A stretch of DNA of 64,000 nucleotides from Mobula birostris. Taxonomy: Eukaryota. Each line of letters opens with the position of its first letter. The first letter of the stretch is position 1. Location of the stretch: contig NC_092374.1 in NCBI RefSeq assembly GCF_030028105.1, positions 171,950,432-172,014,431 on the forward strand. The letters are read 5' to 3'. The translations under genes were made by a program, and so were the position numbers. Shown here in pieces: positions 11,464 through 26,400 of this stretch. Below the pieces are notes generated by a model, which was not told the origin of the DNA, did no database searches, and was given only the letters and a program-made list of their open reading frames with translations.

Positions 11464-14400
11464 CTGGAAAGGTAAACACAGCATTAATGCTCATATTGCT
11501 TTTAGAAATAAATACATTTCAGTCAAAAGATGAATCATTAACTCCACATCAAGATACCTAACTCACCAGCACTAGTATCATGTGACTCAATTAATAGCCC
11601 TCTCGGTCAAAAGATTGTTAAATCAAGTTCCACTAAAGAAACTTAGACACAGAGCTCTATCAGTGCAGTACTCTCGCAACACTGTAGGAGGCCTCACCTG
11701 CCCTCTCAAATAGACAGATCTGAACAAGAGTATTCTGCTCCACATCCAAAAGCAACATTTATTCCTCAAAGCCTCAAATGTTTATTTCAAAACTATTTGA
11801 GCACAGCGAGCCACTAATAATATCTCTTGACGATACCTCCTTCCCACCCCATCTCCTGTAAAAACACTATTGCCTGTTCTCAGTTCTTTCGACTCCACTG
11901 CACCTGTTCCCAGGATGTGGCTTCCCTTTCCAGGACATCAGAGACCTCCTCCTTCAAAGAACAGGGTTTCCCTACCTCCACTATTGATGCTGCTCTCACC
12001 CGCATCTCCTCTATTTCCCGTACATCTATGCTAACCCCATCTTCCTGCTGCCTTTACAGTGACAGAGCTCCTCTTGTCCATATCTACCACCCTGAGTCTC
12101 CAACACATCATTCTCCACATTTTTCAACACCTCCAAAGGGATCCAACCAGACATATCTTTGCCACCCCCACCCCCCCATTCTCCACTTTTCACAGGGATC
12201 TCGCCTTCTGTAATTTTCTTTTCCATTCACCCCTCCCCACTAATCTCCTTCCCGGCACTTATCCTTGCAGGTGGCCTAAGTGCTCACTTGCCCGTTCACC
12301 TCCTGCCCCACCTCCATTCAGGGCACCAAACAGTCTTTTCAGGTGAAATAACTTTTCACCTGCAAATCCGCTGGGGTCATCTATTGAGACTGGTGCTCCC
12401 ATATGGTCTTCTCTACATTGGTTAGACGCATAGTAAATTGGGAACCGCTTGGTCAAGCATCTCTTCTCCATCTGCCAAGAGCGTAACTTCCTGGTGGACA
12501 AACATTTTAATTCCCATTCCGACATGTCGGTCCATGGTCTCTTTTGCCAAGATGAGGCCACCTTCAGGGTGGAGGAGCAACACCTTATATTCCATCTAGG
12601 TAACCTTCAACTTGATGGTATGAACATCAATTTCTCCTTCCAATAATAAAATAAATCCTCCCCCTCCCCCCTTCTTCTATTCCCCACTCTGGCCTCTTAA
12701 CTTTTCTCACCTGCCTATCACCTTCCCTGGGTCCCCTCCTCCTTTCCTTTCTCCTATGGTCCACTTTCCTCTCATGAAACAAAGAGCATAGAAACCTACA
12801 GCACATTACAGGCCCTTCGGACCACAATGTTGTTCCGACCATGTAACCTACTCTAGAAACTGCCCAGAATTTCCCTACTGCATAGCTATCTTTCTAAGCT
12901 CCATGTACCTATCTAAAAGTCTCTTAAAAGACCCTATTGTATTCGCCTCTACTACCATCACTGGCAGTGCATTCCACGCACCCACCACTGTGTGTGAAAA
13001 ACTTACCTCTGACACTCCCCTTGTACCTATCCTTGTTCTTTAGCCCTTTACCTTTCCAACCCACCTGGCTTCACCCATCACCTTCTAGCCACCCTCCCTT
13101 CCCCTCCCTCCCACCTTTTTATTCTGGCATCTTCCTCTTCCCTTTACAGTCCTGAAGAAGGGTCTCAGCCCAAAACGTTGACTCCTTATGAATTTCCATG
13201 GATTCCACCTGACCTGCTGAGTTCTCCAGCAATTTTTGTATGCCACTAATTGACTGCTACCTTTCCTTCTGTAACTGTAATTGAAAAGTACTTCAAAAAC
13301 CAAAAAAAAAAGGGTTGAAAATACTCAGAAGATCAGGCAGTATTCACAGGAAGAGATATACAGTAGCTTCAAAATTGCAGGTTAACATGTTTCACGGATA
13401 TAAAAGTTATTGGCATGAATCTCAAAAAAACAGCACTTCATTTGCTGTTAAGCACTTTGGTAGCTTTGTCATCATGAATCTCTTAATTTAAAAGGAAGGT
13501 GCATGCACTGTGGGCAACTCTGGTTTTATGCCCATTCTGCCAATCCACAGTTGCCCCAAGTTCTGCTGAGCCTTCTGCATGCCTTTAATGGGTCACTTCA
13601 GAAAGCAATGGCAAGAGATGTCAATGAAAGATTGGGATTGGCCTGATCTGATAGAGATGGCACTTTTTTCCCCCATGAACATGGGGACCAGTTGGGTTTT
13701 TACCTCTACCCAGACCATTATTTCATAGTCTTCACTCCACCAAAGGTGGGCTGAAAAAGAAATTTGAAGAATCTTATAAATGAAAGAGTGATGAAAGAAA
13801 CCAATTTAATAGTATGAAGCTTCTTATGATAGAAATGAAAAGGTTGATTCAAGATTCAAAAAACTTTATTGTCATTCTAACCGTACATCAGCTCTGCAGG
13901 GCAGAATGAGACAGCATTTCTCAGGAGCAGTGCAATCATAACATAACAAACGCAACACTAAATAATAAACATAACAATAAATAGTAAAACACAACAGCCA
14001 CATGGCAGTTAAAATCAAGTTATAAGTGTCCAGTGCATGTTAAAAGTGTCCAAAGCAGAGTCAGGTAGAGCAGCTATTTAGCAGTCTGACTGCCTGTGGG
14101 AGCTCAGTTTTGATTAATACACTAGCCCTGAAAAACACTCAACTGTGGCACTGGGGTAAAATATACTTATAGTGTAATCTAGATAACAGAGTGAAATGAG
14201 GCACTATTTCCCAAAGAAAATCTCACTTGGCTTTGACTCCATTAACACATCAGTGTGAGCTTTAATGCAAATCTATATTAAGCAACACACACAAAATGCT
14301 GGAGGAACTCAATAAGCTAGGAAGCACCTATGGAAAAGAGTACAGTCGACATTTAAGACCAAGACCCTCTTGCTGAAGGGTCTCAGCCCAAAACATCGAC

Positions 14401-17400
14401 TATACTCTTTTCCATAGATGCTGCCTGGACCGCTGAGTTCCCCCAGCATTTACGTGTGTTGCTTGGATTTCTATCCTCTGCAGATTTTCTTGTTTCCAAT
14501 CTAAATTAAACTGGTCAGGCGTGAATACATCAGTACGTTGCTGCTCAGAGGTCACTTTTTCATTTTGGATCAGGATATAAAGATCTTGCAGGGCTTACTA
14601 CAAGTTGCCTCAGATCATGTTAAGTGTTAGGGGATTCCCACAGCACACTTAATTGACACCTCCAACTGCAGTGTGGCCGCAAGCCATAGAATCAAACTTG
14701 AGGAAGAGATTGTGCCCTTGTTTATAGAAATGAAAGCTCCAATAGTAACAAGCTCTCCAAAATACCACCCCAGCCACTTCCCAGTTAAAAGCCCTCATTG
14801 CTTTGCTTCCCCTCCATCCCGAGTGTTGCAGAAGTGGATGCACTATATCTGCCTGATGCATGGTCAGGCAATTCAAAAAGTTTCTCTCTCCCACCCCCCC
14901 ACCCCTCCCAAGTCAAAATCAAAGCAACCACACCCCCTTTCACCGGGCCAAAACGTTGGGATGATACAGGACAGTTGGTAGCCATTTGGTCTTTCAGATC
15001 CTTGCCAATCAACTTTCCAGCCCATTATTCACAGCTCTTGGCACATAGCTCAAGACAGCAGCATCACCCATCAGCAATTTCTGTCATCCAGGCCATGCCA
15101 TCTTTCTGCTGCTACCGTCAGACAGGAGGTTACAGCAGCCTGAAGTCCCACGCCAACAAGTTCAGAAACAGATGCATTCCTACAGCTAACCCACATGTCC
15201 CTAATCCTATCTCAACAATGGAACTCTATGGACCACCTCTCGCACCGTCATGGTCTTACCTCTGATTGCTGGTATGTTATTTTTTATACTAATGTCTGGC
15301 TTTGAATAGATTTTATCTCTTCACTGTGTTATCAAATTTATGTGCATTTGTTCTGTGTGTTGTCTGAATCTAACTGCTTGTGACGCTACTGCAAGCAGGT
15401 TTTCCTTCGTTCCCACACCTCACCGTACTTGACCATATGACATGAAACCCAATTTAACAAGACCTATATGTGAAATAAAGGCTCTTACACAGATGGGCAA
15501 GTAAGTGATGCAAGCAAATAGGTGCATAAAGACGGTATTGAATTAAATTGAATTAACCTTATTTCTTACATCCTTCATATACATGAATAAAAATCTTTAC
15601 ATAGAAACATAGAAAATAGGTGCAGCAGTAGGCCATTCGGCTCTTTGAGCCTGCAACGCCATTCAGTATGATCATGGCTGATCATCCAACTCAGAACCCT
15701 GTACCAGCCTTCCCTCCATACCCCCTGGTCCCTTTAGCCACAAGGGCCATGTCTAACTCCCTCTTAAATATAGCCAATGAACTGGCCTCAACTGTTTCCT
15801 GTGGCAGAGAATTCCACAGATTCACCACTCTGTGTGTGAAGAAGTTCTTCCTCATCTCGGTCCTAAAAGGCTTCCCTTTTATCCTCAAACTGTGACCCCT
15901 CATTCTGGACTTCCCCAACATCAGGAACAATCTTCCTGCATCTAGCCTGTCCAATCCCTTTAGGATTTTATACGTTTCAATCAGATCCCCCCTCAATCTT
16001 CTAAATTCTAACGAGTATAAGCCTAGTTCATCCAGATTTCATCATATGAAAGTCCTGCCATCTCAGGAATCAATCTGGTGAACCTTCTTTGTACTCCCTC
16101 TATGGCAAGGATATCATTCCTCAGAATAGGGGACCAAAACTGCACACAATACTCCAGGTGTGGTCTCACCAAGGCCTTGTACAACTGCAGTAGTACCTCC
16201 CTGCTCCTGTACTCGAATCCTCTTGCTATAAATGCCAGCATACCATTCGCCTTTTTCACCGCCTGCTGTACCTGCATGCCCACTTTCAATGACTGGTGTA
16301 TAATGACACCCAGGTCTCGTTGCACCTCCCCTTTTCCTAATTGGCCACCATTCAGATAATAATTACATTACATCTCCATCTAATTTATAATAATTTGTAA
16401 TAGTATGTACAAGACAGTCAATATAGCATAGAAATACAATTGTATCAGCGTGAATTAATCAGTCTGATGGCCTGGTGGAAGAAGCTGTCCCGGGGTCTGT
16501 TGGTCCTGGCTTTTATGCTACAATACAGTTTCCCGGATGGTAGCAGCTGGAACAGTTTATGGTTGGGATGACTCAGGTCCCGAGTGATCCTTCGGGCATT
16601 TTGTACACATCCATCTCTGTACATGTCCTGAATAGTGGGAAGTTCACATTTACAGACGTCTGCACCACTCTCTGCAGAATCCTGCGATTGAGGGAAGTAC
16701 AGTTCCCATACCAGGCAGTGATGCAGCCAGTCAAGATGCTCTCAATTGTAGAAAGATCTTTGGGTTTGGGGGCCCATACGAAAATTCTTCAACGGTCTGA
16801 GGTGAAAGAGGCACTGTTGTGCCTTTTCCACCACACAGCTGATACGTACAGACCACACGAGATCCTCTATGATGTGAATGTCCAGAAACTTAAAGCTGTT
16901 TACCCTCTCAACCCTAGATCCAATGATGTCAATAGCCTGTCTCCATTTCTCCTGTAGTCCACAACCAGCTCCACTGTTTTTGTGACATTGAGGGAGAAGT
17001 TGTTTTCTTGACACCATTGTTATCAGAGTGATGACTTCTTCTCTGTAAGCTGTCTCATTATTATTTGAGATAAGGCCAACCGATGTAGCATCATCAGCAA
17101 ATTTAATTAGCAGATTGGAGCTGTGGGTAGCGACACAATCATGGGTATTCAGAGAGTAAAGAAGGGGGCTTAGGACACAGCCGTGGGGTACCCGTGTTGA
17201 GGGTCAGAGGGGCAGAGGTGAGGGAGCCTACTCTTAACATCCCGCCAGCAATCTGACAGGAAGGGTGAAGGCTGAGGTCTCTGAGCTTCTTGTCAAGTCT
17301 GGAGGGAATTATGGTGTTGAATGCTGAACTGTAGTCCAAGAACAGCATTCTCACATAAGCTTCCTTTTTCTCCAGATGTGTAAGGACTCTTTCCATTTCC

Positions 17401-20400
17401 ATTGCGGCACAGCCTCAGGATGTTCCTTGTCTACTCTGAGGGGTAAATGGACCAGGGAATTCCAAGAATCAGTGGGGATATCACACTTGACAACTTTACT
17501 ACATTCTAGGATCTTTTCCGGTACCTACCCAGTCATCTCTTTCCATAGCAGAGCTTGGAATGTCCCATTTTCAGAGCCTAGTTCTGGGAATGCACCTCAA
17601 GGCCCATGCTAAGGTGCCACCCAGACGGTCACGTAATTGAACATTGATTTCTCCAACATTTCAGAAATTTCTCCCCCCCCCCCCTTTCTCTTTCCATTCC
17701 CTATTCTGGTTACCCCCTCATACCTTCTCTTCTCAGCTGCTCACCACCTCCCTCTGGCTCCTGTCCTCTGTCGCTTTTTTTCCACGGTCCACTGTCCTCT
17801 TCCATTAGATTCCTTCTGCTTCACCCTTTATCTCTTCACCTACAGTGGCATGCAAAAGTTTGGGCACCCCTGGTCAAAATTTCTGTTACTGTGAACAGCT
17901 AAGCGAGTAAAAGATGACCTGATTTCCAAAAGGCATAAAGTTAAAGATGACACATTTCTTTAATATTTTAAGCAAGATTTCTCTATTTCCATCTTTTACG
18001 GTTTCAAAATAACAAGAAAGGAAAAGGGCCCGAAGCAAAAGTTTGCGCACCCTGCATGATCAGTACTTAATAACACCCTCTTTGGCAAGTATCACAGCTT
18101 GTAAACGCATTCTGTAGCCAGCTAAGAGTCTTTCAATTCTTAGTTGGGGGATTTTTGCCCATTCTTCCTTGCAAAAGGCTACTAGTTCTGTGAGATTCTT
18201 GGGCCGTCTTGCATGCATTGCTCTTTTGAGGTTTATCCACAGATTTTCCATGATGTTTTGGTCGGGGGACTGAAAGGGCCATGGCAAAACCTTCAGCTTG
18301 CGCCTCTTGCGGTAGTCCACTGTGGATTTCCAGGTGTGTTTAGGATCATTATCCTGTTGTAGAAGCCATCCTCTTTTCATCTTCAGCTTTTTTTTTTAAA
18401 CAGACGGTGTGATGTTTGCTTCCAAAATTTGCTGGTATTTAATTGAATTCATTCTTCCCTCTACCAGTGAAATGTTCCCCATGCCACTGGCTACAACACA
18501 AGCCCCCATGCTTAACAGTTGGAGAGGTGTTCTTTTCATGAAATTCTGCACCCTTTTTTCTCCAAACATACCTTTGCTCATTGCAGGCAGAAAGTTCTAT
18601 TTTAACTTCATCAGTCCACAGGACTTGTTTCCAAAATGCATCAGGCTTGTTTAGATGTTCCCTTGCAAACTTCTGATGCTGAATTTTGTGGTGAGGATTC
18701 AGAAAAGGTTTTCTTCTGATGACTCTTCCATGAAGGTCATATTTGTGCAGGTGTCACTGCACAGTAGAACAGTGCACCACCACTCCAGAGTCTGCTAAAT
18801 CTTTTTATTTGCAGTCAAACAGGGGTTTTGATTTGCTTTTCTAGCAATCCTACCAACAGTTCTCTCGGAAAGTTTTCTTGGTCTTCTAGACCTCAACTTG
18901 ACCTCCACCGTTCCTGTTAACTGCCACTTCTTAATTAAGTTACGAACTGAGGAAATGGTTACCTGAAAACGCTTCACTATCTTCTTATAGCCTTCTCCTG
19001 CTTTGTGGGCATCACTTATTTTAATTTTCAAAATGCTAGGCAGCTGCTCAGAGGAGCCCACGGCTGCTGATTGTTGGGACAAGGTTTGAGGAGTCAGGGT
19101 ATCTATAAAGCTTTGAAATTTGCATCACCTGGCCTTTCCTAACGATGACTGTGAACAAGCCATAGCCCTAACAAGCTAATTAAGGTCCGAGACCTTGGTA
19201 AAAGTTATCTGACAGCTCAAATCTCTTGGGGTGCCCAAACTTTTGCATAGTGCTCCTTTCCTTTATTTCACTCTAAAATTGTACAAAAGAAAAATAATAC
19301 ACTACTCTTGCTTAAAATGTTGAAAAGAATGTTTCATCTTTAACCTTATGACTTTTGGAGATCAGTTCATCTTCTACTCACTTAACTATTCACAGTAACA
19401 GAAATTTTGACCGGGCTACCCAAACTTTTGCATGCCACTGCATCTCCTCCCCAGATTTTAACTTCATCACCCTTCCCCCCACTTACCTACCCCCAGCTGG
19501 TGTCACCTATCACCAGCCAGCTTGTACTCCTCCCTCTCTGCTTACTCTAGCTTCTACCCCTTTCCTTGCCATACCTGATGAAGGGTCTCAGTCCCAAGTG
19601 TTGACTGTTCATTCTCCTCCATAGATGCTGCCTGACTTGCTGAGTTCCTCCAGCAGTTTGTGTGTAATTCTCCAAATTATCTAGGAGAATAATTGTCTAG
19701 GAGAACCAATTTCTGTATCTTCTCACAGGCCAACATTCCTAACTCAGTTAGCTCCTTTGGACTGGTACATTGCTACAATCCACGAGACTGCTTTTGGCTA
19801 TATGAACAATACAAATACCCATACACTACTCAGGGTGGCGTGGTAGTATAATGACTTGTGTAACAGTTTATAGCACCAGTGATCGGGTTCAATTCCTACC
19901 ATCGTCAGTAAGGAGTTGGTACATTCTCTGCATGACCGCATGGTGCTACTATTTTCTCCCATGTTTCAAAGACATGCCGATTAGTAAGGAGTTAGCAAGC
20001 TGTCGGCACGATATGCTGGTGCCAGAAAAATGGTGGCACTTTAGGGCTGTTCACGGTGTCGGTTGTTGATGCAAACGACGCATTTCACTGTGACAAATAA
20101 AGCCAGTCTTTGTAATTGCACAACTTTCCCATAATTGATCATTTGCTCTATAACTGATCTACTAAAACCAAGATATCCTGCAAAGTTCCAAACTTTGTGC
20201 CAGAAAATAAAATTACATTTTAACTTTATTAAAGCAAAGCACAAACACCATAAATATTATAAATATAAAAACCTTGACTCTCAAATTTCATAATGGAAGA
20301 ATGCAACAAGTATTTCTTAATGCTAGCAGCCACTAAATTGACATATTCTGAGTCTGCAATAGCAATACTTTCTGAATTGTTAATACCCTCATCTAATCTT

Positions 20401-23400
20401 AAGTGAACTTAACGCATGCTGGAAATGAACTGGGCTTAAAGAATACAGAAGATACTCACAGATAAATATTGTCAAAGGTCCCATCCTTTTCACAGATGTT
20501 TAACACATGATTCAGCATTTTGGTTCCTAAATAAAAGAAAAGGAAGTTATGTGAAGCATAGCTCACATGTTTTGGAATCATAAGCAGCCAGTAACCCAAC
20601 AGGTTACCTTCCAGAACCAAGTGTAGGGAATACTGGTGGAGTACCATAGGAGATTGAACTTCTGCACTTGGTGCATTCCGGGTAAAAGCTAATGGGCATA
20701 AAGATGCTGATTGTCTAACTGCTATGGTGTCAAACGTCACAAAAACATTTCATTTGTTACATAATGAGTAACACCTGCCATTCAAGCTAGTCTACACTCC
20801 ATTGAAATTGTATCTTTGCAGCTATAAGAGTGAACTGTGAAGACTGGGAACCTCTGGGCGCTCCTCACCTTCTAATACACAAGGTAATATTTATGGCAGT
20901 GACTAGTGGGGTACCGCAATGCTCAGTGCTGGGACCCCAGTTGTTTACAATATATATTAATGACTTAGACGAGGGAATTAAATGCAGCATCTCCAAGTTT
21001 GCGGATGACACGAAGCTGGGTGGCAGTGTTAGCTGTGAGGAGGATGCTAAGAGGATGCAGGGTGACTTGGATAGGTTAGGTGAGTGGGCAAATTCATGGC
21101 AGATGCAATTTAATGTGGATAAATGTGACGTTATCCACTTTGGTGGCAAGAACAGGAAAACAGATTATTATCTGAATGGTGGCCGATTAGGAAAAGGGGA
21201 GGTGCAACGAGACCTGGGTGTCATTGTACACCAGTCATTGAAAGTGGGCATGCAGGTACAGCAGGCAGTGAAAAAGGCGAATGGTATGCTGGCATTCATA
21301 GCAAGAGGATTCGAGTACAGGAGCAGGGAGGTACTACTGCAGTTGTACAAGGCCTTGGTGAAACCACACCTGGAGTATTGTGTGCAGTTTTGGTCCCCTA
21401 ATCTGAGGAAAGACATTCTTGCCATAGTGGGAGTACAAAGAAGGTTCACCAGATTGATTCCTGGGATGGCAGGACTTTCATATGATGAAAGACTGGATCG
21501 ACTAGGCTTATACTCTCTGGAATTTAGAAGATTGAGGGGGGATCTTATTGAAATGTATAAAATTCTAAAGGGATTGGACAGGCTAGAAGCAGGAAGATTG
21601 TTCCCAATGTTGGGAAAGTCCAGAATGAGGGGTCACAGTTTGAGGATAAAAGGGAAGCCTTTTAGGACCGAGATGAGGAAAAACTTCTTCACACAGAGAG
21701 TGCTGAATCTGTGGAATTCTCTGCCACAGGAAACAGTTGAGGCCAGTTCATTGGCTATATTAAGAGGGGGTTAGATATAGTCCTTGTGGCTAAAGGGATC
21801 GGGGGTATGGAGAGAAAGCAGGTACAGGGTTCTGAGTTGGATGATCAGCCATGATCATACTGAATGGCGGTGCAGGCTCGAAGGGCTGAATGGCCTACTC
21901 CTGCACCTATTTTCTATGTTTCTGTTTTTCTAATTCAGCAAAACAACTTAAAGTTGGAAATATACCAGTTGTTAATATCAAGCAGACTATGTTTTTCTCT
22001 TATTAGAAGCTGTAACCAGAAATTTAAAATGCCATGACAAAGCAGTTTGCCAGGTTATCATTAGCACAATTTAAGATTTCGTCATTCAATGTGAAACAGC
22101 GTCATAAGCACCTTGTTAGTGTTAGCAAGATATGTAAAACTTCCTCCTCTCCATGGAATCTGTCTACCTTGGTAGAGCAGCCAACATAATCAAAGACCTC
22201 AACCACCCTATACATTCTCTCTTCACCCCCCCACCCCCGTGGGCAGACAATACAAAAACATAAAAGCACCTCCACCAGGCTCAAGGATAGCCTGTATTCC
22301 ACTGTTACAAGACAATTGAATGGTTCCCTAGTACAACAAGGTGGGATCATAACCTTGCAATCTACCTTATGGGCCTTTGCACCTTGTTGTGCACCTGCAC
22401 TGCACCTTCTCTATAAATATAACACCATATTCTGCAATGTTATTGTTCTCCCTTAAGGCTGATTTATACTTCTGTGTCAAATGGACACCGTAACCTACGC
22501 AAGTGGCCTACGCGTGTTGTGAGCATTTATACTTGTGCGTTGGTGTGTCTGCGTCGCTCGGCAATTCGAGCACGTCGCACATGCGCACACACCTGCCCAT
22601 GCAAGGCTTCATGGTCATAGCAGTCTTTCTCAGGGTAAACAATTTTTAAGCGAGCATCTTTTGTTGTAAAAGCAAAATGCGTCCTCCATAATTTCAGAGG
22701 TCTATAAAGCTTTATGGAAAGCATTGCAGCCAGAGTTCCTTCCCTGCCCTTCAGTCGCCCAACGGGAAGCTATTGCAGCGTAGGAGGAAATATGGTGCTA
22801 CCGAGCGGACCAATCACAGTTGTTGCGGTCTGCGTTGCCACGATGCGTAGTTACATTTTGGGAGAGGTGTGCGTCAGGCTACGGCATAGGGATCCGCGTA
22901 GCCTCTGCATTGGGTTTGCGGCGACACCGTACCTACATCGTCAATTTGATGCAGAAATATAAAAAAGCCTTTATACTAACTCAATAACTGTTGGAAAGAA
23001 TTATTTATATGGATGGCATTTTTCATTGTACATCGATAAATGTAACAATAAACCAATTTAAATATAGTTTTAAAGCAATACTTGAAGTCAGTTCAATTCC
23101 AAAGCAGCACAAATGGCCCCAATACGGTTTTAAAACAGCTCCAATCCAAAATGCATTTCACTTCAAGATTAATTTTTTAGTTCACAATAGTAAAATTAGA
23201 AAGTTCAATCTCTACTGACAATAGGGTGAGTACATTCTAGAGTTAAAAGAACTCAAGTACATTTGATAAATATTATTCTTCAGCAAGCAAATTTAAAGGA
23301 ACATTGGAGCACAAAGGGGAGATCTTTTGGCTCCAAAAGTTTTTCTGCCAATTGAATCACCGTTGCCCTGAATGTGAACTCTATATAAATAACCTAATTC

Positions 23401-26400
23401 TTTCCCCTCTAATTCTCTCACCCATACAATAAAATCCAGTCCTGATCCCAAAACATCGATAATTCTTTCCAGTCAAACACAGTTGCTGCTCACCCAAGAT
23501 CCCCCAGCAGATTGCTGCTCCAAATTCCAGCATCTGCAATCACTGTTTAAGTAAATTCCAGCTTTTAATGCACCTTTAAGGACTGCAAACTCATACCCAG
23601 GAAAGAAAACTAACCATGTCTTCACACTGTGATATTAGTCAGTAACTGAGAACTCGGACTAGTGCAATATCCCCCTAACAGCTTACCTATTCCTAGTCTC
23701 CGGTATGGTGCCAGGCATCCCAAGGTCATGATGTACAATCGTTTCTGGTTTTGCGAATGATCCACTCGACAACACACTGCACCCACTGCAATGTCATTGA
23801 AATATGCTGCAAGGCAAAGTGCCATTCAAATTTTTAAAATATTTCCACACACACTATAAAAAATACACAAAATCCCTAAAAAATTACCCCAAAAGCAAAT
23901 TTTGTAAACCTGTTCCACTTTACAGAGACTAAAATCTGTATCAAGGATTAACTACCTCTTATTACATATCAAATTTTTATAAATTCCAAGTTTTCCCCAC
24001 TTAGTTTGATCCATTTGACTATTGTTTTTGCCTCGCATCTCTCCCAAGGATTAAGTAATGAGGACTGTCAGTGGGAATTCCAAATCTTAATTAGTATGTA
24101 GGACCACTCTTCAAAACCCCAGATCTTGTAAAATCTCTTTCCAAGAAAATATGTTCTTTATTCAATCTCATAGGAGTCCATCTCTACATCAGAGCCAGAA
24201 ATGCTGTGAAGTCCACTGCTAAGGCAGGATAAATCAGGAAAGTTGTTGAGAAAAGTGTGCAAATAAATTAGTATTCAAATTACTACAGAAAAGAATTTTG
24301 ATGATACAGATGAAAAGGACAGTTTCCACTGGCCAAGGGGCTAGAAATCGGAGGACATAGATCTAAAGTGATTAGCAAAAGAACTTATGGGGGAAATTAA
24401 GAATGCTTTCACAGGGAGTCCAGTATTGAAACAGCTGAAACAGGGTTCACTGGATTTTAAGACAATTGGACACATACGAAGAGCCATATGTCATCATTAT
24501 AAGGAAAGAAGAGAATGTAATGGGATTGATTGGGGAGCTCTTTCGCAATTTGAGACAGACACAATGGGCCAAATAGTTTCCTGTACATTTTTATTCCAAA
24601 TCATAAATGGAAGAAATAGATACTATTACTAGCAGGTCGGTTTATAAGAGGAACCACTTCCATAGGAAAAAGCTTGAAGTTCAAGTAAATTTATTATCAA
24701 AGTATGTACAGTATGTCACCATATACAACCCTAAGATTTATTTTCTTGCAGGGATTCAGTTCAAAGTAAAATTGATTATTGAAGTACATACATGTCACAT
24801 ATACAACCCTGAGATTCATTTTCTTGTGGGCATATTCAGTAAATCCACAACAGAATAACCATAATAGAATCAATGAAAGAACACACCAACTTAGGCGCTC
24901 AGTGTGCTAAAGACAACAAACTGTGCAGTAAGTATCAATGACAGGACTTGAAAGCAAGTCCATAGCTTGTGAGAACATTTCAATGATAGGGCAAGTGAAG
25001 TTGAGTGAAGTTATCCCCTTTGGTTCAAATTCTTGAATGTTCAGGGAGTAATAACTGAACTTGAACCTAATGGCGTGGGACCCAAGGCTCTCTACCTCCT
25101 TCCCGATGGCAGCAGCAAGAAGAAAGAGCATAACCTGGTTGGTGGGAATCCTTAATAATGCAATGTTATTTTCTTGTGGTCGTGCTCCTTTTAGATGTGC
25201 TCAATGGTGAGGATGGCTTTTTCTGTGATTGAGTGGGCTGTATCGTCCATTTTTTGCAGGCTTTTCCATTCTTGGTGTTTCCAAAGTTTGTCAAAGTTTT
25301 CTTTCCTTCCTCCTTTAATCAATAAAAACTCCTTTTGGATCTTGCACTTAGATGAAGAACTTTTCATACCAGGAATACTGTATAATTCCACAAGCTTCTG
25401 CTGCCCCACAGAAAGTTCGTAATCCGTAAACTCACTTATACTGCTGAAGTGTTCAAGGTCCTGCTGTTAGAATTCCAGAACACAGCAGGACAGGAATCTA
25501 TTTGCAGTCACTGCATGGAAATGTATAGCTTCAACCTGTAAGTTCTCGCTCTTTAGGGCTTTTCCGCAGATTTACAGTGTTTTGCAGTTACTCATTTCTT
25601 TCAATGCAATTGAGTTTCTATCGATTACAGGTGACTGCTGAATTATGGCTGTACAGACAATGGATCTATCCTTACAAATTTGCAAAAAAAAAATGTAAAT
25701 CCAGCTCATGCTACTTCACATAGGCACAGACGACACAGATTCAGAAAAATCGCAATACAGACCATTTTCAAGTCACACAGGGATTGTCTGTTCTGCATCC
25801 CAATTAGAATGCTCACACAGACTGTGATTTTGTAACTGTTTGTAGAGTGAGGAGCCCAGAAGCATTTGAGCAAATTGAAGTAAACTGTTCTGATAAAAAG
25901 CAGAGAAGAGGAAAAATTACAGAGGATGAAAAGGCAGAGTTATCTCTTGAAAAGAAAAATCTAAAAGCAGTTGAAATTATGAAAGGTATTGACTAGGTAG
26001 TTACTTGAAAAATGCTTCTTCTTAAGCTGTAAAGAGCAAAATTGGAAATCAGGAGAAATCGTGGCAGAAAGAGTGAGAATATGGAGCCCATTACCAGTTA
26101 TCGTTGAAGCAACTGACACAGATACAGTAGGTTCATAGGGAAGTTGGACAGCTACAAGAGAAAGAGGAATATGAGGTTGTGATTGATATGAGAAGGTGGA
26201 AGTAGAAATAACTGCTGGTATAGGTTGTGCACTAGCTACAATTCTACATGAAAAAGTCTAGAATGGCAACATCTGGGGAGAGGGAAGGGAGAAATACAAG
26301 GTGATAGGTGAAATCAGGAGGGGGAATGATGAAGTAAAGAGCCGGGAGGTTGATTGGTGAATGAGATACAGGCCTGGAGAAGGGGGAATCTGATAGGAGA

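Noticed and set aside
20830-21774. 314-aa ORF as a host or domesticated gene
   Set aside because: It is a truncated CR1 RT, near-identical to another copy in the window, with a non-ATG start in flanking DNA.
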